From positions 1 to 64,000 of the forward strand of contig JBQPWD010000001.1 in the NCBI GenBank assembly GCA_052246995.1: 64,000 bases of DNA. Direction: 5' to 3'. This document shows positions 19,727 to 27,971 of this stretch, piece after piece. Numbering within the stretch: the stretch's first letter is position 1; every line of letters starts with the position of its first letter. The translations under genes and the position numbers were made by a program. The stretch is from Candidatus Bathyarchaeota archaeon. Lineage in GTDB: Archaea > Thermoproteota > Bathyarchaeia > Hecatellales > Hecatellaceae. The notes under the pieces were generated by a model. The model made no database searches, was not told where the DNA came from, and saw only the letters and a program-made list of their open reading frames with translations.

Positions 19727-21223
19727 CTAAACATCTGGTTTAAGATTTTTAAGTTCTGTAAGTTCTTCAGATAAAAGTGCAAATCTTAACACTAAATCCT
19801 CTCTAAGCTGAGGAGCCATAATTTGAACACCTATTGGCAGATTATGATAAAAACCGCAAGGGATGCTTATTGCAGGAATACCTGTAAGATTTGCTGGAAC
19901 GGTATCTATATCACATAAGTACAAAGATAATGGGTCATCAATTTTTTCACCAAGCTTAAAGGGTGGGATAGGCATAGTTGGACTTATAAGAATATCAAAT
20001 TTTTTAAATGCATCATCAAAACCTCTCTTGATTAAGGTTAAAACTTTAAGAGATTTAAGGAAAAACTTATCGTAGTATCCTGCAGATAAAGCATATGTTC
20101 CAAGAATTATTCTACGTTTAACCTCAGCTCCAAAACCATTTCCTCTATTTTTGGAGTAAAACCTATTCCAGTCTAAAGTTTCATCCTCAACTTTTAAGCT
20201 GTAACCATACCTTACCCCATCAAATCTTGCAAGATTAGAGCTTGCCTCGGACATTGCAATAAGGTAGTAAACTGGAATAACATACTTGAGAGTCGGCATA
20301 GAAACTTCACCAAGCACAATATTTAAACTTTCAAGTTTTGAAACATAGTTGTAAAAAACTTTTAAAACAGCTTCATCAACACCCTCGCCAACCATCTCCT
20401 TAACAATACCTACTTTTAATTCGCTAGTTTTATCAGCAAGTTTAGTGATGTAATTAGTATCTTCAACATTAATAGATGTCGAATCTCGCCAATCCCACCC
20501 AGCGATTACACTTAAAAGTAGAGCACAATCATAAACATTCCTAGCAATAGGGCCTATTTGCTCAAAACTGTTAGCATAGGCAACCAAACCATAACGGCTA
20601 ACAAGCCCGTAAGTTGGTTTTAAACCAACAACTCCGCAAAAACTTGCAGGACAACGTATAGAACCTCCAGTATCACTACCTAAAGCTAAAAAAGCTTCTC
20701 CAGAGGCAACAGCAGCAGCACTTCCGCCGGAGGAACCTCCAGGAACCTTTGAGGTATCCCATGGGTTTTTCGTTGGACCAAAGTAGCTTGTTTCTGTTGT
20801 TGTGCCCATTGCAAACTCATCCATGTTTGTTTTTCCTATAATTACTGCATCTTCAGTTTCAAGTTTTTCAATAACGGTTGCGTTGTATGGTGGAATGTAG
20901 TTGTAAAGCATTTTCGAACCGCATGTTGTTCTAACGCCTTTCGTGCTTATGTTATCTTTAACAGCTATAGGTATTCCTGCTAGGATTCCAGTTTTCTCTC
21001 CACTAGCTATTTTACTATCAACTTCTCTAGCTTTTTTAAATGCTTCTTCTTTACATAACGTTATAAAAGCGTTAATCTTACCTTCAACATTTTCTATTCT
21101 TTCAAAAGTTTCGGCTAAAACTTCTTCAGCTTTAACCTCTCCACTCAAAATTTTATCTTTAACTTCTTTAGCTGACAACCAGCAAAGCTTCAAAGGCTTC
21201 AACCTCAAACAATTTTTGCACAC
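19727..21223 (-). CDS. gatA: Asp-tRNA(Asn)/Glu-tRNA(Gln) amidotransferase subunit A
   Basis: GKTNMDEFAMG, PGGSSGGSAA, GSDTGGSIR, EASSNLARFDG; the true start may lie a few codons downstream. Confidence 0.96.
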   Translation of the reverse strand: MCKNCLRLKPLKLCWLSAKEVKDKILSGEVKAEEVLAETFERIENVEGKINAFITLCKEEAFKKAREVDSKIASGEKTGILAGIPIAVKDNISTKGVRTTCGSKMLYNYIPPYNATVIEKLETEDAVIIGKTNMDEFAMGTTTETSYFGPTKNPWDTSKVPGGSSGGSAAAVASGEAFLALGSDTGGSIRCPASFCGVVGLKPTYGLVSRYGLVAYANSFEQIGPIARNVYDCALLLSVIAGWDWRDSTSINVEDTNYITKLADKTSELKVGIVKEMVGEGVDEAVLKVFYNYVSKLESLNIVLGEVSMPTLKYVIPVYYLIAMSEASSNLARFDGVRYGYSLKVEDETLDWNRFYSKNRGNGFGAEVKRRIILGTYALSAGYYDKFFLKSLKVLTLIKRGFDDAFKKFDILISPTMPIPPFKLGEKIDDPLSLYLCDIDTVPANLTGIPAISIPCGFYHNLPIGVQIMAPQLREDLVLRFALLSEELTELKNLKPDV

Positions 21224-21510
21224 TCAAAAAACAATTCCTTTTTTCTTGAAGTGTTCATTAAAACCTCATTAACATTAAGTGGCGGTTTAGGTTCATCTTC
21301 ACGGAAAACATTAACTTTACCTACAAGATGGTAGGTTGGCGGAGTTTTTTCCGTATTTAGCTCTGAAAGTATGCTAAAATACTCTAAAACCTTGTTAAGC
21401 TGTTTAACGTAAAGTTTTTTTTCATCTTCGGTAAGCTCTAATCTTGCAAGCCAAGCTAGATGCTCAATCTCCTCTATTGAGATGCTGGCTTTAGTTTTTT
21501 CCATCTTCAC
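21205..21510 (-). CDS. gatC: Asp-tRNA(Asn)/Glu-tRNA(Gln) amidotransferase subunit C
   Basis: HLAWLARLEL, NVFRED; first gene of gatCAB. Confidence 0.92.
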   Translation of the reverse strand: MKMEKTKASISIEEIEHLAWLARLELTEDEKKLYVKQLNKVLEYFSILSELNTEKTPPTYHLVGKVNVFREDEPKPPLNVNEVLMNTSRKKELFFECAKIV

Positions 21511-21580
21511 TTAAAGTAAGCTGTCATCCTAAATTAACTTTACCACAATAATTTTAAAAAAAGGTTCTTCCCTTCTAAGG

Positions 21581-21594
21581 TAGTGTATACACTA
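21581..21594. promoter_or_regulatory. Perfect 14-bp palindrome in the gatC/yjbQ divergent region (candidate TF site)
   Basis: TAGTGTATACACTA. Confidence 0.35.
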
Positions 21595-21619
21595 ACTGTC
21601 AGTTTTTGGAGGAATAAAG

Positions 21620-22039
21620 ATGGTAATGGAAATTTTCTCAAAAGAATTTTCAGTTTCAACAAGTAAAAAGTTAGAAATTATTGATGTTACAAGGGAAGTT
21701 GAGGGCGCTGTTACAGCATCAGGTATTAGGGATGGTTTATGTGTTATTCACACACCACATGCAACAGCAGCAATAATTACAAACGAAGCAGAGGAAGGGC
21801 TTATCCATGATATAACCAGAAAAATTGAGGCGTTTTTTCCCTTAACTGGAGAATATAGACATAATAGGATTGATGATAATGCGCATGCTCACCTAGCATC
21901 AGCGTTTTTAGGTTCATCTAAGGTTTTTCCGGTTAAAAATTCCAGAATTTTAAGAGGAACATGGCAAAATATTTTACTAGTTGAGCTTGACGGTCCAAGA
22001 ACCCGTAGAGTGGTTTTAACGGTCATAGGTGAAAAATAA
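21620..22039 (+). CDS. yjbQ: YjbQ/UPF0047 (secondary thiamine-phosphate synthase family) protein
   Basis: PHATAAI..NE, HNRIDDNAHAHL, GTWQ.I...ELDGPR. Confidence 0.9.
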   Translation: MVMEIFSKEFSVSTSKKLEIIDVTREVEGAVTASGIRDGLCVIHTPHATAAIITNEAEEGLIHDITRKIEAFFPLTGEYRHNRIDDNAHAHLASAFLGSSKVFPVKNSRILRGTWQNILLVELDGPRTRRVVLTVIGEK

Positions 22040-22042
22040 GGG

Positions 22043-23809
22043 TTAGGCCAAGTTTTCAAAGTTAAGTTTTCCTTTAAGAAGTTTTCTTAATGTTTCAGGT
22101 AAACTTTCAATTTTAACCCTTACCTGTCTCCAACTATCTCTATCCCTAATTGTTACAGTGTCATCATTTAATGTTTGATAATCTATTGTTATGGCAAAAG
22201 GTGTTCCCACTTCATCCATTCTAGCATATCTTCTTCCAATACTTCCAGACTCATCATACTCAACAATAAAACCTTCCTTAACAAGCATGTTATAAACTTC
22301 TAAAGCTTTCTCTGGAAGTCTATCTTTACTCATCAAGGGGAAGACTGCAGTCTCTATTGGAGCTAGATCCTTAGGAAGCTTTAAAACAACTCTTCCCTCC
22401 TTCTCGGAATAGCCATACTCTAATGTTGCGTAAAGAAGTCTATCTAAACCGAATGATGGTTCAGCAACGTAAGGTAGAAATCTCCTACCTTTCTCTTCAA
22501 CATCAATCTCCTTAAATTCCACATGGTTGGTTGTTATCCTGTAGGTTTTACCATCACATTTAAGCTCATAATATCCAAGCTTGCTGACGGATTCGGCGAC
22601 TTCATCGGCGTCTGTTAAGCTTAAAAACCTTAAAATCTTTGAAGCATCGTCGCCAAAACTTTTGGTGACAACATCCTTTCTAACTTCAAGAATAACTTTC
22701 CTAGTTTTTAAAGGACTGCTATACGGGACATAAACCCGTAAATCTTCACCACTATAAACCATGTGCATTTTTAAATCATAGTTTAAACGTAAAGCATGAC
22801 CTGAAACTTCAACCCAACCCCACCTTGAAAGCTCAACAAGCTGGTCATATGTTTGGGATGAGTAATGTGCACGCTCAGATGGGAGTTTTTCCCTGAAAAT
22901 TTGCTTTTCAGCCGGTATACCAAGTTCTTCAACAAACTTTTTAGCTTTAACCATGAAATACGCCATCCACTCAGATTTAATGTAACCTTTATCTAAAGCT
23001 TCTTCAACACTAATCTCTAAGGGTTGTTTTCCACCTTTCACTAAAACCTCCTCAGGTAAAAGTCTTAAAACCTCGTTTTTAACGTTAGAAAGTTTCCAAC
23101 ATTTAGGATTTTCAGGGTCATAGAAGAACTCAAACTCCATTATGGTTAGCTCTCTAAGCCTAATAGGCCCCTGCCTGGGTGAAATTTCATTTCTAACACA
23201 TCTACCAATCTGGGCGACACCCAAAGGAAGTTTTCCTCTTGCAATCTCATAAAGCCTCTTAAAATTTACAAAAATTCCTTGAGCTGTTTCAGGTCTACCA
23301 TAACCAACATTTTCAGTATAAGGACCTATTGTTGTTTTAAAAAGCTCATTAAAAGGTTTAGGGTCCTCCAAATCGCCCTTACATTGAGGACATTTTACAT
23401 TTATCTCCCTCATCTTTAATCTAAGTTCCTCAATAGTCAAACCTTCAAAAGAAGTTTCTGTAGCTTCTTCAAGTAGGTGGTCGGCTCTCCATTTTCTCCC
23501 ACATTTAAGACATGTTGTTATGGGGTCTGTAAAGTGGGTTGTATGACCTGAAGCCTCAAAAACAGTCGCAGGGGTGATTATTGGTGTATCAATAAGCATT
23601 AAACCTTCTTCCTTAACAAAAACATCAATCCATTTATTTTCAATCTTTCTTTTAAGTAGGGCTCCAAGTGGACCATAATCTATAAAACCGCTTTCACCAC
23701 CATAAATTTCATAGGATTGCCAAAAAAAGCCCCTCTTCTTTGCAAGTTCAACAACCTTCTGAGACTTATCAGCTTTACCTACGTCCAAATTGTTCACCCA
23801 TAGCGTCAA
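22043..23809 (-). CDS. glyS: Glycine--tRNA ligase (alpha2 type)
   Basis: RRGFFW.SYEIYGG, RPETAQGIF, RNEISPRQG, EPSFGLDR, GSIGRRYAR.DE.GTP. Confidence 0.96.
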   Translation of the reverse strand: MTLWVNNLDVGKADKSQKVVELAKKRGFFWQSYEIYGGESGFIDYGPLGALLKRKIENKWIDVFVKEEGLMLIDTPIITPATVFEASGHTTHFTDPITTCLKCGRKWRADHLLEEATETSFEGLTIEELRLKMREINVKCPQCKGDLEDPKPFNELFKTTIGPYTENVGYGRPETAQGIFVNFKRLYEIARGKLPLGVAQIGRCVRNEISPRQGPIRLRELTIMEFEFFYDPENPKCWKLSNVKNEVLRLLPEEVLVKGGKQPLEISVEEALDKGYIKSEWMAYFMVKAKKFVEELGIPAEKQIFREKLPSERAHYSSQTYDQLVELSRWGWVEVSGHALRLNYDLKMHMVYSGEDLRVYVPYSSPLKTRKVILEVRKDVVTKSFGDDASKILRFLSLTDADEVAESVSKLGYYELKCDGKTYRITTNHVEFKEIDVEEKGRRFLPYVAEPSFGLDRLLYATLEYGYSEKEGRVVLKLPKDLAPIETAVFPLMSKDRLPEKALEVYNMLVKEGFIVEYDESGSIGRRYARMDEVGTPFAITIDYQTLNDDTVTIRDRDSWRQVRVKIESLPETLRKLLKGKLNFENLA

Positions 23810-23895
23810 AATTTTTTAGTAGAAATGCTTATAAAGATTTACTTAAACCTATAAGGTTTTTAGTTTCTTTTAGCCTTATCATAAAGTTGATTAAA

Positions 23896-24498
23896 ATGTT
23901 TCCACAAGATATGCTTGTAGAGCTTGCTAAAGCTGTAATTACACTTTTTATTATCGTTGACCCTCTTGGAAACATTCCAATTTTCATGGGCCTAACTGAA
24001 AATTTAAGTAGAGAAGAAAGAAGAAAAGTTTTTAGAGTTGCAACCATCGTCGCTTCAGCTCTTTTAATAGTTTTTGCTATTATTGGTAGAGAGCTTTTAA
24101 GTATCTTTGGAATATCGACTCACAGTTTTATGGTTGCAGGGGGTGTTCTGCTTTTAGTTATAGCTGTAAAGCTTGTTATTTACGGAGGATGGGAAGAGAA
24201 AACCCTTTCACCTGAAAGTCTGGGGGCAGTTCCTATCGCATGTCCATTACTTACAGGCCCAGGGGCGATAACAACAACCATAGTCATCATTCAAACTTCA
24301 GGAATTATAATAACATTGTTTGCTGTTATAGTAATATCCATAATTAACTGGGTTATCTTAAGGTTTGTTGAGCCTATAAACAGGTTTCTAGGCAAAACAG
24401 GATCGGCTGTTGTTGCAAGGGTTATGGCTATATTTATCGCAGCTATAGCTATAGGGTACATAGTCAACGGGATAACCCACTTTGTAGAGTTGAGCTAA
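23896..24498 (+). CDS. MarC family membrane protein
   Basis: DPLGNIPIF, AVPIACPLLTGPGAI; start moved from 23740 to ATG 23896 to avoid overlapping glyS. Confidence 0.88.
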   Translation: MFPQDMLVELAKAVITLFIIVDPLGNIPIFMGLTENLSREERRKVFRVATIVASALLIVFAIIGRELLSIFGISTHSFMVAGGVLLLVIAVKLVIYGGWEEKTLSPESLGAVPIACPLLTGPGAITTTIVIIQTSGIIITLFAVIVISIINWVILRFVEPINRFLGKTGSAVVARVMAIFIAAIAIGYIVNGITHFVELS

Positions 24499-24500
24499 AA

Positions 24501-25751
24501 TTGTTGCTTTATGATGTTGTAGTTGTTGGAGGAGGACCAGTAGGATGCATGACCGCCCACCTAGTTGCAAAAAGTGGTTTTAAAACGTTAGTTGTTGAAG
24601 AACATAAAGAGATTGGTAAGCCTGTTCACTGTGCTGGGAAAATTTGTGTTAAAGCTTTTGAGGAATTTAACCTTCCAGAAAACTCTGTTGTGAACAAGGT
24701 TAGGGGGGCATACCTTTATTCTCCAAGCAACTACTATTTTAGGGTTTCCAAACATACGGTTGAATCCTATATTGTTGATAGGGAAGTTTTTGATAAGAAA
24801 ATTGCACAGCTGGCTGAAAACGCTGGAGCTGAAATTTTAACATCAACAAGATGCTTTAAAGTTGAAAAAGATAGGGAAAAATTTAGTTTAAAGTTTAGAT
24901 GCGAAAAAAATGGTCAGCTTAATACCACTACTGCCAAGTGTAAAGTTGTTGTTGACGCTGAAGGTTGGAGACCTATGTTGTTAAAAAATTTAGGTATTAA
25001 ACGGAAAAGGTTAAAGTTTTTAGCAGGTTTTCAAGCTGACATGGAAGATGTTGAATTTAATAGACAGGACCATGTTGAAGTATATTTTGGAAGAAAATTT
25101 TTTCCAGGATTTTTTGGATGGCTTATTCCTTTAAGCAGCTATGAGGCTAGAGTTGGTTTATGTGTAAACATGGAAGCTGTAAAAAAGCCACCTTCAACCT
25201 ATTTTAAACTTATGTTAAAGAATCATTCAGTATTATGTAAGAGGATTAAGCAGAAGAAGATAAAAAGAGTCTTCGGCGGAATAATACCCATTCATGGACC
25301 ATTAAACATGGAAATTTTTAATAACTTTTTTGTTGTTGGGGATGCTGCTGGACATGTTAAATCAACTACTGGTGGAGGTGTTTATGTTGGCTTAAAGATG
25401 GCTAAGATAGTAAGTAAAAAAATATTGCATGGTTTAGGCGGTGAAGAGGTCGAAAAAAATGCTAATCTAGATTATTGGAAAACTGTTTTTGATGTTAAGT
25501 TTACATCGTTTTTAAGAAGGTTTCTGGACAAACTTTCAGATGAGGAACTAGACTATATTTTTAAAGTTTTAGGGGGAAAAACATCCCTACTAAGGGAGAT
25601 TGAAGAAAAATACTACTCGCAACAACAGTTCCATGTTTTTTTGTCTATTGTGAAAAATATTGGAATTTGTTTTAAATTTAAAAGCTTAACACCAAAGATG
25701 GGTTTAGCGCTCTTAGAAGAGACTTTAAACCGCTCCCTAATGAATTTTTAA
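24501..25751 (+). CDS. Geranylgeranyl reductase family FAD-dependent oxidoreductase
   Basis: GGGPVG, IGKPVHCAG, F.WLIP, VGDAAG.VK..TGGG. Confidence 0.85.
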   Translation: MLLYDVVVVGGGPVGCMTAHLVAKSGFKTLVVEEHKEIGKPVHCAGKICVKAFEEFNLPENSVVNKVRGAYLYSPSNYYFRVSKHTVESYIVDREVFDKKIAQLAENAGAEILTSTRCFKVEKDREKFSLKFRCEKNGQLNTTTAKCKVVVDAEGWRPMLLKNLGIKRKRLKFLAGFQADMEDVEFNRQDHVEVYFGRKFFPGFFGWLIPLSSYEARVGLCVNMEAVKKPPSTYFKLMLKNHSVLCKRIKQKKIKRVFGGIIPIHGPLNMEIFNNFFVVGDAAGHVKSTTGGGVYVGLKMAKIVSKKILHGLGGEEVEKNANLDYWKTVFDVKFTSFLRRFLDKLSDEELDYIFKVLGGKTSLLREIEEKYYSQQQFHVFLSIVKNIGICFKFKSLTPKMGLALLEETLNRSLMNF

Positions 25752-25757
25752 CCTCAC

Positions 25758-26921
25758 CTACGCACCCCTTACATTAAGAAACCTTCTACCTATTATCCAT
25801 TTTTCAATTTCTGTTGCACCCTCGTAAATCCTGATGACTCTTACATCCCTGTAAAATTTTGAAATTTTGGATTCACTAAAGTACCCAATACCTCCATGAA
25901 GTTGTAGACATTGATCAACAACTTTGAATGCAACTTCGGTAGAATACCACTTAGCCATCGCGGAAAGCTCCGGGAGAACTTTACCACTATCTAGTGCTGA
26001 ACATGCCTTATAGGTTAAGCTTCTTGCAGCCTCAATTTCTGTAATCATTTCAGCAACTTTAAACTGGATTGCCTGAAAATGGGATAATGGTCTTTCAAAA
26101 GCCTCTCTAGTTTTAACATAGTTTAAAGCCTCCTCCAATGCTCCCTGAGCAATTCCTAACCCCTGGGCAGCAACCCACGTTCTACTCCTGTTAAAAAAAT
26201 CCATAATGTGGTAAAAACCCTTTCCTCTCTCCCCCATTAAATTTTCTTTTGGAACATGAACATTTTCAAAGCTTACTTCTGCAGTATCGCTAGCTCTCAT
26301 ACCAAGTTTACCTTTAAGTTTTCTTCTTTCAACACCATCACTTTTTAAATCAACCATGATGGTGCTGAACCTTCTATGTCTATCACCACTATCTTCAGTT
26401 TTGCAAAGAACAATAGCATAATCTGCTAAAGTTCCATTGGTTACAAAAGTTTTTGTACCATTAATAACCCAGTACCCTCCCTCAAGCTTAGCTGTAGTCT
26501 GGATTCCAGCAACATCACTACCTGCAACAGGCTCGGTTATCATTATAGCCATGATAGCTTTACCATTAGGTAGTGGTGGGAGGTATATGCTTTTTAAATC
26601 TTCACTACCATTAACCAGTAGTGTTTCAGCACCTAAAACAGTACATAAAACTGCGAACCCGCATGCAGGATCAACTTTATGAAATTCTTCATAGATTAAC
26701 GCATTTTCAAAATATCCTAGACCTTGTCCACCATGCTTTTCGTCTATAAAGACGCCGACAAATCCATGTTTACATGCTTCTTTCCATAACTCCCATGGAA
26801 ACTCCTCGTTTTCATCACAACGTGTAGAATACTTTAAAAATTCTCCTTTAGCAAAATCCTTAGCTGACTCCTTAATTTGCTTTTGCTCACTAGTTAACCC
26901 GAGAAACTCATACTCACTCAA
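25758..26921 (-). CDS. Acyl-CoA dehydrogenase
   Basis: ITEPVAGSD, NGTK.FVTNG, GMRAS.T, QLHGG.GY, IYEGA (catalytic Glu present). Confidence 0.93.
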   Translation of the reverse strand: MSEYEFLGLTSEQKQIKESAKDFAKGEFLKYSTRCDENEEFPWELWKEACKHGFVGVFIDEKHGGQGLGYFENALIYEEFHKVDPACGFAVLCTVLGAETLLVNGSEDLKSIYLPPLPNGKAIMAIMITEPVAGSDVAGIQTTAKLEGGYWVINGTKTFVTNGTLADYAIVLCKTEDSGDRHRRFSTIMVDLKSDGVERRKLKGKLGMRASDTAEVSFENVHVPKENLMGERGKGFYHIMDFFNRSRTWVAAQGLGIAQGALEEALNYVKTREAFERPLSHFQAIQFKVAEMITEIEAARSLTYKACSALDSGKVLPELSAMAKWYSTEVAFKVVDQCLQLHGGIGYFSESKISKFYRDVRVIRIYEGATEIEKWIIGRRFLNVRGA

Positions 26922-26959
26922 CTCTTTAACCTCCTATACAATATATTTTATATTGCTCT

Positions 26960-27736
26960 TTAAATTTTAGGTAAAATGCCCCAAAACTTTCTTTCCTTTA
27001 ATCTCTCCTTTTTAAGCCATGCATTACCTCTTTCCTTAAACTCCTCTGAAAACCAGACAAATGCTGTTAAATCCCTTGAAAGAGGCCAGTTTAGCATAGC
27101 TAAATCTGTCCAAAAGTTGAGACAAGACTTTATAACTCTGAATGCCTGGGGGCTAACTCTTTCAACAGTGTTAAGTGCAATTTTTTCTGCTTCTTTTTCA
27201 ACTTCGTCATCGCCTGCAACCAAGTTTATAAGCCCCCAATTATAAGCTTCTTCAGCTGATAAAAGTCTACCAGTAAACAAAAGTTCTCTTGCTCTTTTTT
27301 CTCCTATAAGTATTGGGAGAAGTTGAACACCACCACCCATAGCTGTTGAACCTACAATTGCTTCTGGTTGGCCAAATCTTGCAGATTTTGAAGCTACAAC
27401 TAGGTCACACATCATTACAAGCTCATTTCCACCTGCAACACAACTACCCTTAACAGCCGCAATAGTAAGCTTACCAGTTTCCCTGATAAGTCGGAGGGTA
27501 TCCCAGTAAGCTTTAAGCCATCTAACTCCGTTTTTAGCCCCATTCATGGATAAAAGCTCTTTTAAATCTGCTCCGCCAATGGTTTCAAAACAAATTATTA
27601 TTGCTGAAACATCATCATCTCTATCTGCCTCCTTAACAGCTTTACATAACTCTTTAAGTGTTTTAAGATTAAGCAAGTTTATTTTCTCTGTAAACCTAAT
27701 CCAAAAAATTTTTTTATCCTTTCTAGTCTCCAGCAT
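26960..27736 (-). CDS. Enoyl-CoA hydratase/isomerase (crotonase) family protein
   Basis: GGADLKE, AAVKG.CVAGGNEL...CDL, FGQPE. Confidence 0.88.
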   Translation of the reverse strand: MLETRKDKKIFWIRFTEKINLLNLKTLKELCKAVKEADRDDDVSAIIICFETIGGADLKELLSMNGAKNGVRWLKAYWDTLRLIRETGKLTIAAVKGSCVAGGNELVMMCDLVVASKSARFGQPEAIVGSTAMGGGVQLLPILIGEKRARELLFTGRLLSAEEAYNWGLINLVAGDDEVEKEAEKIALNTVERVSPQAFRVIKSCLNFWTDLAMLNWPLSRDLTAFVWFSEEFKERGNAWLKKERLKERKFWGILPKI

Positions 27737-27971
27737 GTTTTATCACCAAGAAGAAGGATAAGAGTTTTCCCTACTTATTGGTTATCCTATTTAAAATTCT
27801 ACGTAAATTACGTATGAAAACTGAATGTTTAAACTTAAGACGGGTTACCTTATTTACTTTGATTTAACGAACAGATTCTAGACAACTTTATCTTTTAGGT
27901 AAGAGTTATAAAGGCTTTTTAAAATACACTTTTTTAACCACAAAACATCTTGGCTTTAAGGGGGGCATTGA

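Noticed and set aside
26939-26955. Palindrome CAATATA-TTT-TATATTG between the crotonase and ACAD genes
   Set aside because: Almost entirely A/T, so it is likely to arise by chance at this composition.
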